A stretch of DNA of 64,000 nucleotides, from assembly GCA_030835345.1 (NCBI GenBank), contig JAURPH010000007.1, positions 13,542 to 77,541 on the forward strand. The letters run 5' to 3'. Numbering within the stretch: the first letter of the stretch is position 1; each line of letters starts with the position of its first letter. Under the pieces are notes generated by a model that saw nothing but the letters and a program-made list of their open reading frames with translations, was not told the DNA's origin and made no database searches. Origin of the DNA: Thermodesulfobacteriota bacterium (GTDB taxonomy: Bacteria; Desulfobacterota_D; UBA1144). Shown here in pieces: positions 9,628 through 19,281 of the stretch. The translations under genes and the position numbers were made by a program.

Positions 9628-10556
9628 GCAAAGCCAGCACCAAAGACAGAGAATAAAATGTTATCACCTTTCTTTATTTTTGACTCATTCAAAGCCTCAT
9701 GTAATGCTAACAAAACCGAAGCAGATGAAGTGTTTCCATATCTTTCGATGTTCACATAACATTTCTCTAAGGGAAGATCTAATCTTTCCCTTGCAGCTTC
9801 AATAATTCTCATATTCGCTTGATGTGGAATAAAGAGGTCAATGTCATTAGGGTTAAGGTTAGCAGATTCAATAGCCTCCAATGAATTTGACTGAATAACT
9901 TTTACTGCTTCTTTAAATACTTCTTTACCTTCCATTTTAAGGAAACGATATCCATTGGGATCCTTAGATCCTCCACCGGGCGTATAGAGTAGTTCTGCTT
10001 CTTTTCCACTCGCCCCAAGGCATACTGATAAAATTCCAGGTTCATCACTTTCTTCAAGTACTACAGCCCCTGCACCATCGCCAAACAAGATACATGTACC
10101 TCTGTCTTTGTAGTCAGTTATTTTCGATAAATTTTCTGAACCTACAACTAATAACTTTTTTGCTTGCCCATTTTCAATTAATGCTTTTGCAACATTTAAA
10201 CAATAGATGAATCCAGCACAGCCAGCAGATAAATCAAATGCAAAGATTTTTCTCGTATCAAGTCTATCCTGCAACAAACAAGCAACAGATGGTGTCATAT
10301 AGTCAGGAGTCACGGTTCCAACTATTATTCCGTCAATCTCTTTAGGATCGGTGTGTGAATTTTTTAATGCTTGGACACAAGCCTCGTAGCACATGTCTGA
10401 AGTTGCTTTATCTTTATCAAGAATTCTTCTCTCTGATATTCCTGTTCTAGCCTTTATCCACTCATCAGAGGTATCAACTAATGCCTCTAAGTCTTTGTTA
10501 GAAAGAATTTTATCTGGGATGTAGATTCCTGTTCCTGAAATTTTTGCAAAACTCAA
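9600..10556 (-). CDS. fabH: 3-oxoacyl-[ACP] synthase III
   Basis: MSFAKISGTGIYIPDKILSNKDLE...DEWIKARTGISERR...AGCAGFIYCL (active-site Cys) ...HQANMRI...GNTSSAS. Confidence 0.9.
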   Translation of the reverse strand: MSFAKISGTGIYIPDKILSNKDLEALVDTSDEWIKARTGISERRILDKDKATSDMCYEACVQALKNSHTDPKEIDGIIVGTVTPDYMTPSVACLLQDRLDTRKIFAFDLSAGCAGFIYCLNVAKALIENGQAKKLLVVGSENLSKITDYKDRGTCILFGDGAGAVVLEESDEPGILSVCLGASGKEAELLYTPGGGSKDPNGYRFLKMEGKEVFKEAVKVIQSNSLEAIESANLNPNDIDLFIPHQANMRIIEAARERLDLPLEKCYVNIERYGNTSSASVLLALHEALNESKIKKGDNILFSVFGAGFAWGSAVIKW

Positions 10557-10605
10557 TGTATATCAAACCTAATAGAACTTATTATTTTAAATTATCTAAC
10601 TAAAG

Positions 10606-11043
10606 TCAATTTTTAAAATTAGCCAATTCATTTTTGAATTCATTATAAAGGTACTTGCTAATTATAAAAGATAAAAAAACTTTATTTGAATTATCATACA
10701 AGCAGAATTTTAGGTCTTTCTTACTTAAAAATGAGTACATTTTATCAACATCCTCATCGTTGTTAATAGAAACCAAATGAGAAAATGATTCTATATTTAT
10801 ATGATTTTTAGAAAAAATTAATTTCAATTCAATAGTTGGAAAATCGCCTTGCATTACACTGTTAATTAAGAATTTAAAATCTAGAAGACCCAAATCTTGT
10901 ATATCATAAATTGAGGATGATTCTTTTTTGAATAGCATTATTACTTCATCTTTCAGATTTATGATTTTTGAACCTTCAACTATAAAGTCGAAATATCCAT
11001 TAAATTCATCTTCTGTTATTAATGCCCTTGATTTTTTTATCAT
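10606..11043 (-). CDS. Hypothetical protein (145 aa, no recognisable domain)
   Basis: Called from the ORF alone. AT-rich codon usage is consistent with the host. No motif is recognised. Confidence 0.3.
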   Translation of the reverse strand: MIKKSRALITEDEFNGYFDFIVEGSKIINLKDEVIMLFKKESSSIYDIQDLGLLDFKFLINSVMQGDFPTIELKLIFSKNHINIESFSHLVSINNDEDVDKMYSFLSKKDLKFCLYDNSNKVFLSFIISKYLYNEFKNELANFKN

Positions 11044-11096
11044 CGATAGAGTACAATTGTATAAGCTACACTTTTAGTTATCAAGGAGGAGTGTTA

Positions 11097-11303
11097 ATGA
11101 CAGCTATAGCTATTGCCTTAGGAATGATTGCTTTATTTTGGATGGCAGCAACTAATATTGGTGCTGATTCAGGATCTGCAGCAGATGCTGCAAGTGGAGA
11201 TGCCCCGTCACAGAGGCCTGCTTCAGACTCTTTAACAGATGGTACACCACCAACTGCTGATGGTTCAACAGACCAGTCTGAGTTTCAATCCGCGAAAAGT
11301 TAA
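11097..11303 (+). CDS. Small membrane-anchored protein with an acidic Ala/Ser/Asp/Gly/Thr/Pro-rich tail (68 aa)
   Basis: ATG at 11097 is preceded by a perfect AAGGAGG at 11083-11089, with 7 nt spacing. The product is MTAIAIALGMIALFWMAATNIG (one TM) followed by ADSGSAADAASGDAPSQRPASDSLTDGTPPTADGSTDQSEF. Local GC is clearly above the window background. Confidence 0.4.
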   Translation: MTAIAIALGMIALFWMAATNIGADSGSAADAASGDAPSQRPASDSLTDGTPPTADGSTDQSEFQSAKS

Positions 11304-11309
11304 ATAATT

Positions 11310-12239
11310 TTATCCAGCGAATGATTCAAAATGGATGAAGTTTTGTAGATTCAATATAGAGTCAGGAAGTGGTTCGTGCGTAAAATGCTGGGGACTAATT
11401 GTTCTTGCAATCAATTTGGTCCCTTCAATAATTCTCATAGCTGGTCTTGTATAGTAAGAATCAGCATCAACTATGTATACATTTCCCATATTAAATGCAG
11501 GTATTTTATTTAATTCTGTGTTATTTAATATGCAATCGATATCATTTAGAGTTTTTTCTATGTTCCAACCACAAGGCATTATAAATATAAAATGAGGAGC
11601 ATATTTTTTTATTTCATCCCAATCAACAATCCTTGATTTCTCATTACTCATGCTTAATCCACTTTCGCCGCCTGCAATTTCAATCATTTCGGGTACCCAA
11701 TGACCTGCAGAATATAATGGATCTAACCATTCCATTGCGAAAACTCTGGGTCTATCGATTATATCTTTTGTTGCATTTTTGATTTTATTAATTTGATTCA
11801 TAAATTCATTTTTTAAATCCTCGCCAGCCTTACTTACCGATAAACTATCTGCTAGCTTTGCTATTTCAGTTGGTATCTCTTTAAGATTGGATGGAGAATA
11901 ATCAATAATTTTTCCTTTGACATTTAAATCCAAAGTATCATTTCTTGAAACAGCACAAACACTACATGTCTCCTGGGTGATTATAAAATCAGGATTGAGT
12001 TCGGATATAAGCTCCTTATCAAGAATAAATGGAGATTTATTATCTTTTATTATTTTTTTTAATTCTTCATCAATTTCTTTACTAGAATTTGTTTCCTCGA
12101 GCTTAATCCTCGATGCAACTGGTTTTTCTTTAATACTGTCGGGATAATTACATTCTTCACTTATTCCGACAATTGAATCTGAAAGTCCTAATTCACATAA
12201 GATCTCGGTTGCCGCAGGCAAAAGGGATAAAATTTTCAT
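11310..12239 (-). CDS. btuF: ABC-transporter periplasmic binding protein, BtuF/FhuD (cluster A) family; probable cobalamin-binding protein
   Basis: N-terminal KILSLLPAATEILCELGLSDSIVGIS is a typical BtuF-like start. It lies immediately downstream of btuB, under the cobalamin riboswitch. Confidence 0.65.
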   Translation of the reverse strand: MKILSLLPAATEILCELGLSDSIVGISEECNYPDSIKEKPVASRIKLEETNSSKEIDEELKKIIKDNKSPFILDKELISELNPDFIITQETCSVCAVSRNDTLDLNVKGKIIDYSPSNLKEIPTEIAKLADSLSVSKAGEDLKNEFMNQINKIKNATKDIIDRPRVFAMEWLDPLYSAGHWVPEMIEIAGGESGLSMSNEKSRIVDWDEIKKYAPHFIFIMPCGWNIEKTLNDIDCILNNTELNKIPAFNMGNVYIVDADSYYTRPAMRIIEGTKLIARTISPQHFTHEPLPDSILNLQNFIHFESFAG

Positions 12240-12257
12240 TAAGATATTTTAAGTTAT

Positions 12258-14216
12258 TTATTTAAATGTGTCATATCTAAATCCAATCATTATTGTTCTT
12301 CCTGGTGATGTAAAATTTAAAATTTCTTCTCTTTTATCGTTAAAAAGATTTGAAACTTGTATAAATATTTTACTTGTGTGTAAATCATCTTTTTCTAATA
12401 AGTAGTCTCCATATAAACCAAAGTCCCAAAATGAGTCGTTATAAATTCTTGTCGATGAATTTTCATAATCCCATCTCCCTCCTGTATAGCTCGTATCAAG
12501 AGCTACAAACAAATCATTATGCTTTTTACTAATAATTAATCCACCACTAGTTTTCGGCCTTCTCAACAATGCTTCATCATCTTGCCAATTTGCAAAATTA
12601 AAAGAATTTTGTTGAACTACATTATTAACGTTTACGGCTTTTGTTTCTAGATAGGTAAACCAGTATTTAATGGAAAGTTGATTTTCTAATTTAACCAAAC
12701 CACTCGCCTCAATTCCCTGCGATTTTGCTTCATCTAAATTACCATAGGAAGGGCTTCCTCCTCTGTATGCAATCATATCATTTGTTTTGCTCTTAAAGGC
12801 TGTTAAAGATAATGCATATTTTGTATTTTCAAAATCAATTCCAATCTCGTAAGATTGGTTTTTCTCTGCCTTTAAGCCCGTTACACTGTATGTTTCATAA
12901 ATGCTTGGATACTTAATACCTTTACTAAATCCACTTCGAATTTTAATGGTTTCAGAAATATATTTTGATAAAAATACTGTTGGACTATATGTTGTTCCAT
13001 GATATTCATGATCATCTTTTCTAAAAGCGATATCAGCAAAGAAGTTCTCTTGAAAATTTAGTGCAAGCATTCCATAAATTGAATCTATATATGTTTCATG
13101 ACCATAATCTGTTGCGAATGAACTTGCATTCGCATGATAGTTACTTGTTTCATCTAAGTATTCGTAACCTACTTTTGCATCAACTGATATCGTTGAAAAT
13201 AAAGAATTTTTTATTTTGTAATAATAGTTATAGTTTTTCTTTTTTTCCCACCAATCAACATTTCCACTACCAGCATCTCTAGTAGCTCTTTTATTGAAAA
13301 AATATGAAAAATCAAATCCTATTAAGTTATCTTTATAAACTTCATAACTTGTATTAATGGACCTGCTATTTAAATGTCGCCAATCTCTTTGTGTACCAGA
13401 TGTGGAACTATATGTGCCTACTGTGCCCGTGCTACTAGTCGGATATCGAACTGTCGCCCATCTATCAGATATAAGTGTTTTTATCTGGAGCTTTTCATTT
13501 AATGCAGATAGATTTATTCCTGCATTCAAAGCTTTATTGTTATAAGCATCATTAAAAATCCTAAATCCATCATCATCAACTCTGTCATAAGAAAGCACAT
13601 AACCAATCAAAATATCATTTGACTGTTTATTGAATTGTCCGCTTATTGAAACAGCTTGTTCATTTGATAGGAATGTTCCACCATCAGTTTGCCCAGTAGC
13701 ATCTTTCTTAAAACTTTGGTTAATACCAAAGGATGACATAAGTGAAATTTGAGTTTTATTCGATGGTTTTTTGGTATTAATAATTATTACAGAGCCCAAT
13801 GCAGAAGATCCAAAAAAACCAGCCATTGGACCTCTCAAAACTTCAATGGATTCTATATTATTAATGGAGACAAATTCAAAATTGAAAGATCCACCAACAT
13901 CGTTATATTTAACACCATCAATAATTACTAAATTATGATCTGACTCTGAGCCACGAGAAAATACGCTTATTAATCCACCCCTTCCTCCTGTTTGCTTAAC
14001 AGATAGCCCTGGAACAAGTTTTAGTAAATCTCCAACACTTTGTGCCCCTGATGTTTTTATTTCATCTTCACTGATTATTGTTGCAGATCCACCAAATCTA
14101 TTTGTTTGGATTGTTGTATTTCCAATGGTTTTGGGATTTTTTAGCTCGATATCAGATGATATTGAGTAATTTGTTAATAATAATATGATCAAGAAAAATC
14201 TTAATAAAATGCTCAT
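12258..14216 (-). CDS. btuB: TonB-dependent outer-membrane receptor, vitamin B12 transporter BtuB-like
   Basis: Signal peptide, then a plug domain reading SGAQSVGDLLKLVPGLSVKQTGGRGGLISVFSRGSESDHNLVIIDGVKYND..IEVLRGP, close to the E. coli BtuB plug. A 22-strand barrel-sized C-terminal region follows. A cobalamin riboswitch sits in its 5' leader. Confidence 0.8.
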   Translation of the reverse strand: MSILLRFFLIILLLTNYSISSDIELKNPKTIGNTTIQTNRFGGSATIISEDEIKTSGAQSVGDLLKLVPGLSVKQTGGRGGLISVFSRGSESDHNLVIIDGVKYNDVGGSFNFEFVSINNIESIEVLRGPMAGFFGSSALGSVIIINTKKPSNKTQISLMSSFGINQSFKKDATGQTDGGTFLSNEQAVSISGQFNKQSNDILIGYVLSYDRVDDDGFRIFNDAYNNKALNAGINLSALNEKLQIKTLISDRWATVRYPTSSTGTVGTYSSTSGTQRDWRHLNSRSINTSYEVYKDNLIGFDFSYFFNKRATRDAGSGNVDWWEKKKNYNYYYKIKNSLFSTISVDAKVGYEYLDETSNYHANASSFATDYGHETYIDSIYGMLALNFQENFFADIAFRKDDHEYHGTTYSPTVFLSKYISETIKIRSGFSKGIKYPSIYETYSVTGLKAEKNQSYEIGIDFENTKYALSLTAFKSKTNDMIAYRGGSPSYGNLDEAKSQGIEASGLVKLENQLSIKYWFTYLETKAVNVNNVVQQNSFNFANWQDDEALLRRPKTSGGLIISKKHNDLFVALDTSYTGGRWDYENSSTRIYNDSFWDFGLYGDYLLEKDDLHTSKIFIQVSNLFNDKREEILNFTSPGRTIMIGFRYDTFK

Positions 14217-14317
14217 AGTAACTCTCCTTAAGTTACTTCGAACGATTAAGAAAATAGATTATAAATAAATTTATAAAATTATTTTTCCTTTAACCTCGAA
14301 GAAAAATTATTAAATGT

Positions 14318-14468
14318 TTTTGGCAGGTCTTCTGACTTTAAGCACTACAGTTGCCTTCCCATTTGTATTAAACAGTGGCATATTAACTGCAATTTTTTTG
14401 CTTATTACAGCAGCGGGTCTGTGATGGACTTTCACCATACTTCCCTATTAAACTCTTGCGAGTACCGA
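14318..14468 (-). ncRNA. Cobalamin (AdoCbl) riboswitch in the btuB 5' leader
   Basis: The minus-strand RNA reads UAAUAGGGAAGUAUGGUGAAAGUCCAUCACAGACCCGCUGCUGUAAUAAG ... AUAUGCCACUGUUUAAUACAAAUGGGAAGGCAACUG ... AGACCUGCCA. This carries the conserved AAUAGGGAAG/GGUGAAA-UCC core, the CCCGC-CUGUAA element, the B12 box GCCACUG and the GGGAAGGC/ACCUGCC pairing elements. Confidence 0.8.
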
Positions 14469-14495
14469 TTATGAATTATCATGTAGAATTAAGTC

Positions 14496-15422
14496 ATGTC
14501 AAGAAAATATAGAGTTGTAACCCTTGGTGGAGGAGTAGGTGCAGGTAAATTTCTTGAAGGACTTTACGAATTTAAAAATGAAATAAATTTGAACCTGATT
14601 ATAAACACCTCAGACGATATAGACATTTATGGTGTAAGAGTTAGCCCTGATGTCGATACAGTTATTTATTGGCTTTCTGATAATATTGATCGAAAAAAAG
14701 GTTGGGGTATAAAAGGGGATACTTTAAATCTTGTAAATGAATCATCATCGAATTGGTTTAATCTAGGCGATTTAGATTATCAATATAATAAAAAGAAGAA
14801 AGTTGATATGGATAAAGGTATGACTTTACAAGAAAATATAAAATTTAGATGTAAAGAATTAGGTTTATTTGATGTAACTATTCTTCCCATGACAAATGAT
14901 AAAGTTGAAACTTATATTTTAACTTCCGAGGGAAAAATGCATTTTCAAAAATATCTTATCAAAAATAAAATGTTACCAAAAGTTTTAGGAATTGAATTTC
15001 AGAATATAGCTAATGCAAGTCCAGCTCATTCTTTGCTTGATTTGGTCAAAGAATCAGATTTAATTATTTATTGTCCTAGTAATCCTCTTATAAGTATTGA
15101 TCCAATATTAGAGGTAAAAGGTATTTATGATGAAATTCAAATGTCAGATTCAAAAAAGGTCGCAATCTCACCAATAGTAAATGATAAAGCATTTAAAGGA
15201 CCGATTCTTAACTTAATGAAACTTAAAGGTTTAGAATTATCTGTTTTAGGTGTTGCAGAATATTATAAAACAAAAGCTGATTTTCTATTAATCGATAATT
15301 CAGATAAACATTACGAGAAAAGAATCAAAGAATTTGGTTTAGAGCCAATTGTTACAAATATAAATATGACATCCAAAGATGTCTCTATTAATATATCAAA
15401 AATTATTTTAGATTTGTTATAG
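14496..15422 (+). CDS. cofD: 2-phospho-L-lactate transferase CofD (F420 biosynthesis; CofD/UPF0052 family)
   Basis: N-terminal VVTLGGGVGAGKFLEGL glycine loop. The VSPDVDTVIYWLSDNIDRKKGWGIKGDT block matches the CofD family. It is followed directly by cofE, cofG and cofH. Confidence 0.7.
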   Translation: MSRKYRVVTLGGGVGAGKFLEGLYEFKNEINLNLIINTSDDIDIYGVRVSPDVDTVIYWLSDNIDRKKGWGIKGDTLNLVNESSSNWFNLGDLDYQYNKKKKVDMDKGMTLQENIKFRCKELGLFDVTILPMTNDKVETYILTSEGKMHFQKYLIKNKMLPKVLGIEFQNIANASPAHSLLDLVKESDLIIYCPSNPLISIDPILEVKGIYDEIQMSDSKKVAISPIVNDKAFKGPILNLMKLKGLELSVLGVAEYYKTKADFLLIDNSDKHYEKRIKEFGLEPIVTNINMTSKDVSINISKIILDLL

Positions 15423-15429
15423 TTTAATT

Positions 15430-16176
15430 ATGAATAAAGTTGAACTCATACCAGTTCAAGGCCTCCCAAGTATTGATCCTGGCGACAATATCCCTCTTAT
15501 TATTTCGCAAGCCTTAGAAGAAAATAATTTGATTCTAAATCAAAATGATATTCTAGTAATAGCTCATAAAATTGTTTCAATTTCCGAAAAGAGATTGGTT
15601 AATATACAAGAAGTTAAAGCAGGGAAAAAAGCAATTTTAATGGCTAAAAAATGTAAAAAGGATCCAAAGCTTATTCAATTAATACTCGATAATGCAAAAG
15701 ATGTGCTTAGAATTAACAAGGATTTTCTAATAACTAGAGATTTAAATGGTATTGTTGCTGCCAATTCAGGAATTGATCAGTCAAATTATTTCCACAAAGA
15801 TTTTGCAGTTCTACTTCCTAAAAATTCTAATAAATCAGCTAAAAAAATATCTCTAGATTTAAAAAAAATCTTAAATAAAGACATATCAGTAATTATAACA
15901 GATAGTGTTGGAAGGCCTTGGAGAAATGGACTAACCCAAATTGCACTAGGTTCTTTTGGTATTCCCTCCATTGTTAGTTATAAACAAGATCTCTATGATA
16001 GCCCACTTTTTGATACAGATATACCCATAGTGGATGAGCTTTGTTCTACTGCTGGTATTCTAATGATTAAAGATAAAGGTATTCCTGTAGTTATCATAAG
16101 GGGGTATAATTATTCTTTTATCAAACAAGGTTTAAGGAACATTATTAGGTCTGAGAAAAATGATATCTTTAAGTAA
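15430..16176 (+). CDS. cofE: Coenzyme F420-0:L-glutamate ligase CofE
   Basis: 248 aa. N-terminal VELIPVQGLPSIDPGDNIPLIISQAL...DILVIAHKIVSISEKRLVNI fits the CofE N-terminus pattern. It is part of the cof cluster and overlaps the cofG start. Confidence 0.65.
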   Translation: MNKVELIPVQGLPSIDPGDNIPLIISQALEENNLILNQNDILVIAHKIVSISEKRLVNIQEVKAGKKAILMAKKCKKDPKLIQLILDNAKDVLRINKDFLITRDLNGIVAANSGIDQSNYFHKDFAVLLPKNSNKSAKKISLDLKKILNKDISVIITDSVGRPWRNGLTQIALGSFGIPSIVSYKQDLYDSPLFDTDIPIVDELCSTAGILMIKDKGIPVVIIRGYNYSFIKQGLRNIIRSEKNDIFK

Positions 16177-17419
16177 AATTTATAATGACTTTTTAAAATA
16201 TAATAATTCCTCGGAATTGCTAGAACTCCATTCTATTCCTTATAACAATTATGATTCTATCCCAAATAAATTTCTGACTGTGCTTGAAAATTACTTAGAC
16301 GATAACGAACTAGATAGAGAACAATTAAAAATCTTAACAAGTATGGAAATCGAACATGTTTCTGTCTTGATGGCGGTGGCCAATTATATAAGAAGAACAA
16401 AAAAGGGAGATTTAATTAGTTTCTCCAAGAATGTTTTTATTCCGCTAACTCAACTATGTAGAGATCAATGTTCATATTGTACATTTAAAATTGAACCAGG
16501 CGAAGGTGAATTACTTGTCCCACCAGAGAAAGTTTTAGAATCTGCAAGAAAAGCTGCTCAGGCAGGATGTACTGAATTATTATTTGTTTCTGGTGATAAG
16601 CCTGAAATTATTTATGATGTATATAAAGATAAGCTCCAATCTATGGGATATAGTTCAACTGCGGACTATATGATTTCCATGAGTGAAATTTGTTTGGAAG
16701 AAAATATATTTCCACATTCAAATTTAGGTATTGCTAATCAAGCAGAATTGAAAAGATTTAGAAAATCCAACCCTAGTATGGGCCTAATGTTGGAAAATAT
16801 AAGTGAGAGATTGATGAAGCCAGGTATGGCACATCATAAATGCCCTGACAAATATCCAAAAGCCAGAGTTAATACTATACTTACAGCAGGTAAACTTAAA
16901 ATTCCATGGACATCTGGCATTCTTATTGGTATTGGTGAAAATTGGGACGAAAGAATTGATTCGATTCTAGAATTGAGAAAAATTAATGATTTATATGGTC
17001 ATATCCAAGAAATAATAATTCAAAATTTTAGCCCCAAACCAGGAATTAAAATGGAAGGACATCCTGTTCCTACTGATTTAGATATGATCAAAACAGTAGC
17101 ACTATCAAAATTAATCATGGGTGATGCTGTTAGTATTCAGGTTCCCCCAAACCTTAATTCGAAGTCATATATGTTACATGTTTTTTCTGGGGTAAGTGAT
17201 CTTGGGGGTGTTTCACCTCTAACAATTGATTTTGTTAATCCAGAATCACCATGGCCGCAAATTGATATAATGAAAAAAACTTTAACTGAATTTGGCTTTA
17301 CTCTCAGGGAGAGATTACCAGTATATCCAGGTTATTTAAAAAGTGAGTTTATTGAAGATCATATATACCAAAGGGCAATTAAATTTGTTGACGAAACAGG
17401 GTTTGTAGCTGAAAATTAG
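16160..17419 (+). CDS. cofG: FO (7,8-didemethyl-8-hydroxy-5-deazariboflavin) synthase subunit CofG, radical SAM
   Basis: CRDQCSYCTF radical-SAM cluster motif as in the CofG consensus (CxxxCxYCxF). 419 aa. Confidence 0.8.
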   Translation: MISLSKIYNDFLKYNNSSELLELHSIPYNNYDSIPNKFLTVLENYLDDNELDREQLKILTSMEIEHVSVLMAVANYIRRTKKGDLISFSKNVFIPLTQLCRDQCSYCTFKIEPGEGELLVPPEKVLESARKAAQAGCTELLFVSGDKPEIIYDVYKDKLQSMGYSSTADYMISMSEICLEENIFPHSNLGIANQAELKRFRKSNPSMGLMLENISERLMKPGMAHHKCPDKYPKARVNTILTAGKLKIPWTSGILIGIGENWDERIDSILELRKINDLYGHIQEIIIQNFSPKPGIKMEGHPVPTDLDMIKTVALSKLIMGDAVSIQVPPNLNSKSYMLHVFSGVSDLGGVSPLTIDFVNPESPWPQIDIMKKTLTEFGFTLRERLPVYPGYLKSEFIEDHIYQRAIKFVDETGFVAEN

Positions 17420-17428
17420 GTTTTTATT

Positions 17429-18616
17429 ATGGAAGATGCTCTAAAGAAGATTATAGATAAGATTGAAGGTAATAGGATCAAAGGTTTAGATTCAAGCCTA
17501 TCTAGTTCCTCGTCTGAAATTGCAAAAATTATAAACAAGCCATTTGAAAAGAAAGAAATTAGTGAAGAAGAAGCAGTAAAACTTTTTTTGATTGAGGATT
17601 CAGATGAGCTTGCCTCACTAATAATTGCAGCAGATAATGCAAGAAAAGAAGATGTTGGGGACGATGTAACATACGTAGTCAATAGAAATATAAACTTTAC
17701 AAATATTTGTAATACCTATTGTGGTTTTTGTAACTTCATGGCTCCAGAGGGAGACTCTAGGGCATATTTTCTAACTATGGATGAGATTAAGGAAAAGGTT
17801 CTTGAAGCAAAAGATAATGGTGCCACAGAAGTCTGTATGCAAGGTGGTATGCACCCTGATATTGATGGGAATTTTTATGTTGAGATTATTAAAAGTGTTA
17901 AAGAGGCTGTTCCTAACATGCATACGCATTGCTTTTCACCTTTTGAAGTTCATTATGGGGCAGAAACGCTTGGAATTCCTATTCTAGATTTTGTTAAAAT
18001 GCTCAAAGATGTCGGACATGGTACTTTCCCTGGAACGGCTGCAGAAATTTTAAGTGAAGATGTAAGGAAAATTATTGCACCAGGGAAAATTACAACTGAC
18101 CAATGGGTGAATACAATTAAAGAAATACATAGAGCAGGTATGAAAACTACTTCAACTATCATGTATGGACATGTTGACAAGCCTCATCACTGGGCAAGAC
18201 ATTTTGAAGTCATAAGAGAAATACAAAAAGAAACTATGGGAATTACTGAGTTTGTTCCACTAAGGTTTATTCCCTGGGATACAAGAATATTTAAGAAAGG
18301 TATATCTAGAGAAGGCCCTAGTGATTTGGATCAATTGAAAATGTATGCAATTTCTAGGCTTTATTTCAGAGGATTGATAAAAAATATACAAGTGTCCTGG
18401 GTAAAACAAGGGCCAGAATTTGCTCAATATTGTCTAACTGCAGGAGCCAATGATTTTGGCGGTACTTTAATGGAAGAAAAAATTACGACTGCAGCAGGCG
18501 GTAAGTTTGGGCAATATTTCGCACCTGAAGATTTTAGAAAATTAAGCTTCGAAATAAATAGAAGACCCGTAGAAAGATCTACTTCTTATGAATATTTGAA
18601 AGTTTTTGAAAATTAA
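17429..18616 (+). CDS. cofH: FO synthase subunit CofH, radical SAM
   Basis: NICNTYCGFCNF motif (CofH-type CxxxCxFCxF). 395 aa. Sits immediately after cofG. Confidence 0.8.
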   Translation: MEDALKKIIDKIEGNRIKGLDSSLSSSSSEIAKIINKPFEKKEISEEEAVKLFLIEDSDELASLIIAADNARKEDVGDDVTYVVNRNINFTNICNTYCGFCNFMAPEGDSRAYFLTMDEIKEKVLEAKDNGATEVCMQGGMHPDIDGNFYVEIIKSVKEAVPNMHTHCFSPFEVHYGAETLGIPILDFVKMLKDVGHGTFPGTAAEILSEDVRKIIAPGKITTDQWVNTIKEIHRAGMKTTSTIMYGHVDKPHHWARHFEVIREIQKETMGITEFVPLRFIPWDTRIFKKGISREGPSDLDQLKMYAISRLYFRGLIKNIQVSWVKQGPEFAQYCLTAGANDFGGTLMEEKITTAAGGKFGQYFAPEDFRKLSFEINRRPVERSTSYEYLKVFEN

Positions 18617-18639
18617 ACATTTAGTTTATTCTTATCTGA

Positions 18640-19281
18640 ATGGCCATCTTTAGAAATTTGAATTTAGATATCAAAGCTGTATTTGAAAAAGATCCAGCTG
18701 CAAGGAATTTATTCGAAGTAATTCTTACTTATCCAGGATTTCATGCAATTTTTTGGTATAGAGTTTCGCATGTTTTATGGAAAATTAAATTAAAGCTTTT
18801 CGCAAGAGTTATATCAAATATTGTTAGAATGTTGACTGGTATAGAAATACATCCTGGTGCAAAAATTGATGGAGGGTTTTTTATTGATCATGGAATGGGA
18901 GTCGTCATAGGTGAGACAACTGAAATAGGATCCAATGTGACAATTTATCAAGGTGTGACATTAGGTGGAATTAGTTCGAACAAAGGTAAGAGGCATCCGA
19001 CAATTTCTAATAATGTTATTGTAGGTGCAGGTAGCAAAATTTTGGGCCCACTTAATATTGGAACAAATACTAAAATTGGAGCAAATTCTGTTGTAATCGA
19101 CAATGTTCCTGAGGGTTCAACTGTTGTAGGAATACCCGGAAGAGTTGTTAGTAAAGAGTTTTCATCTAATGCACCGGATTTATATCATAATAAAATATCT
19201 GATCCAAATACAGATGAGATGGCATTATTGGAAGAAAGATTAAAGAATCTAGAAATAAAAATTAACAAATTAAAACCCTAG
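18640..19281 (+). CDS. cysE: Serine O-acetyltransferase
   Basis: SATase N-terminal helical domain ([27 protein letters not shown]) followed by hexapeptide repeats. Confidence 0.85.
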   Translation: MAIFRNLNLDIKAVFEKDPAARNLFEVILTYPGFHAIFWYRVSHVLWKIKLKLFARVISNIVRMLTGIEIHPGAKIDGGFFIDHGMGVVIGETTEIGSNVTIYQGVTLGGISSNKGKRHPTISNNVIVGAGSKILGPLNIGTNTKIGANSVVIDNVPEGSTVVGIPGRVVSKEFSSNAPDLYHNKISDPNTDEMALLEERLKNLEIKINKLKP

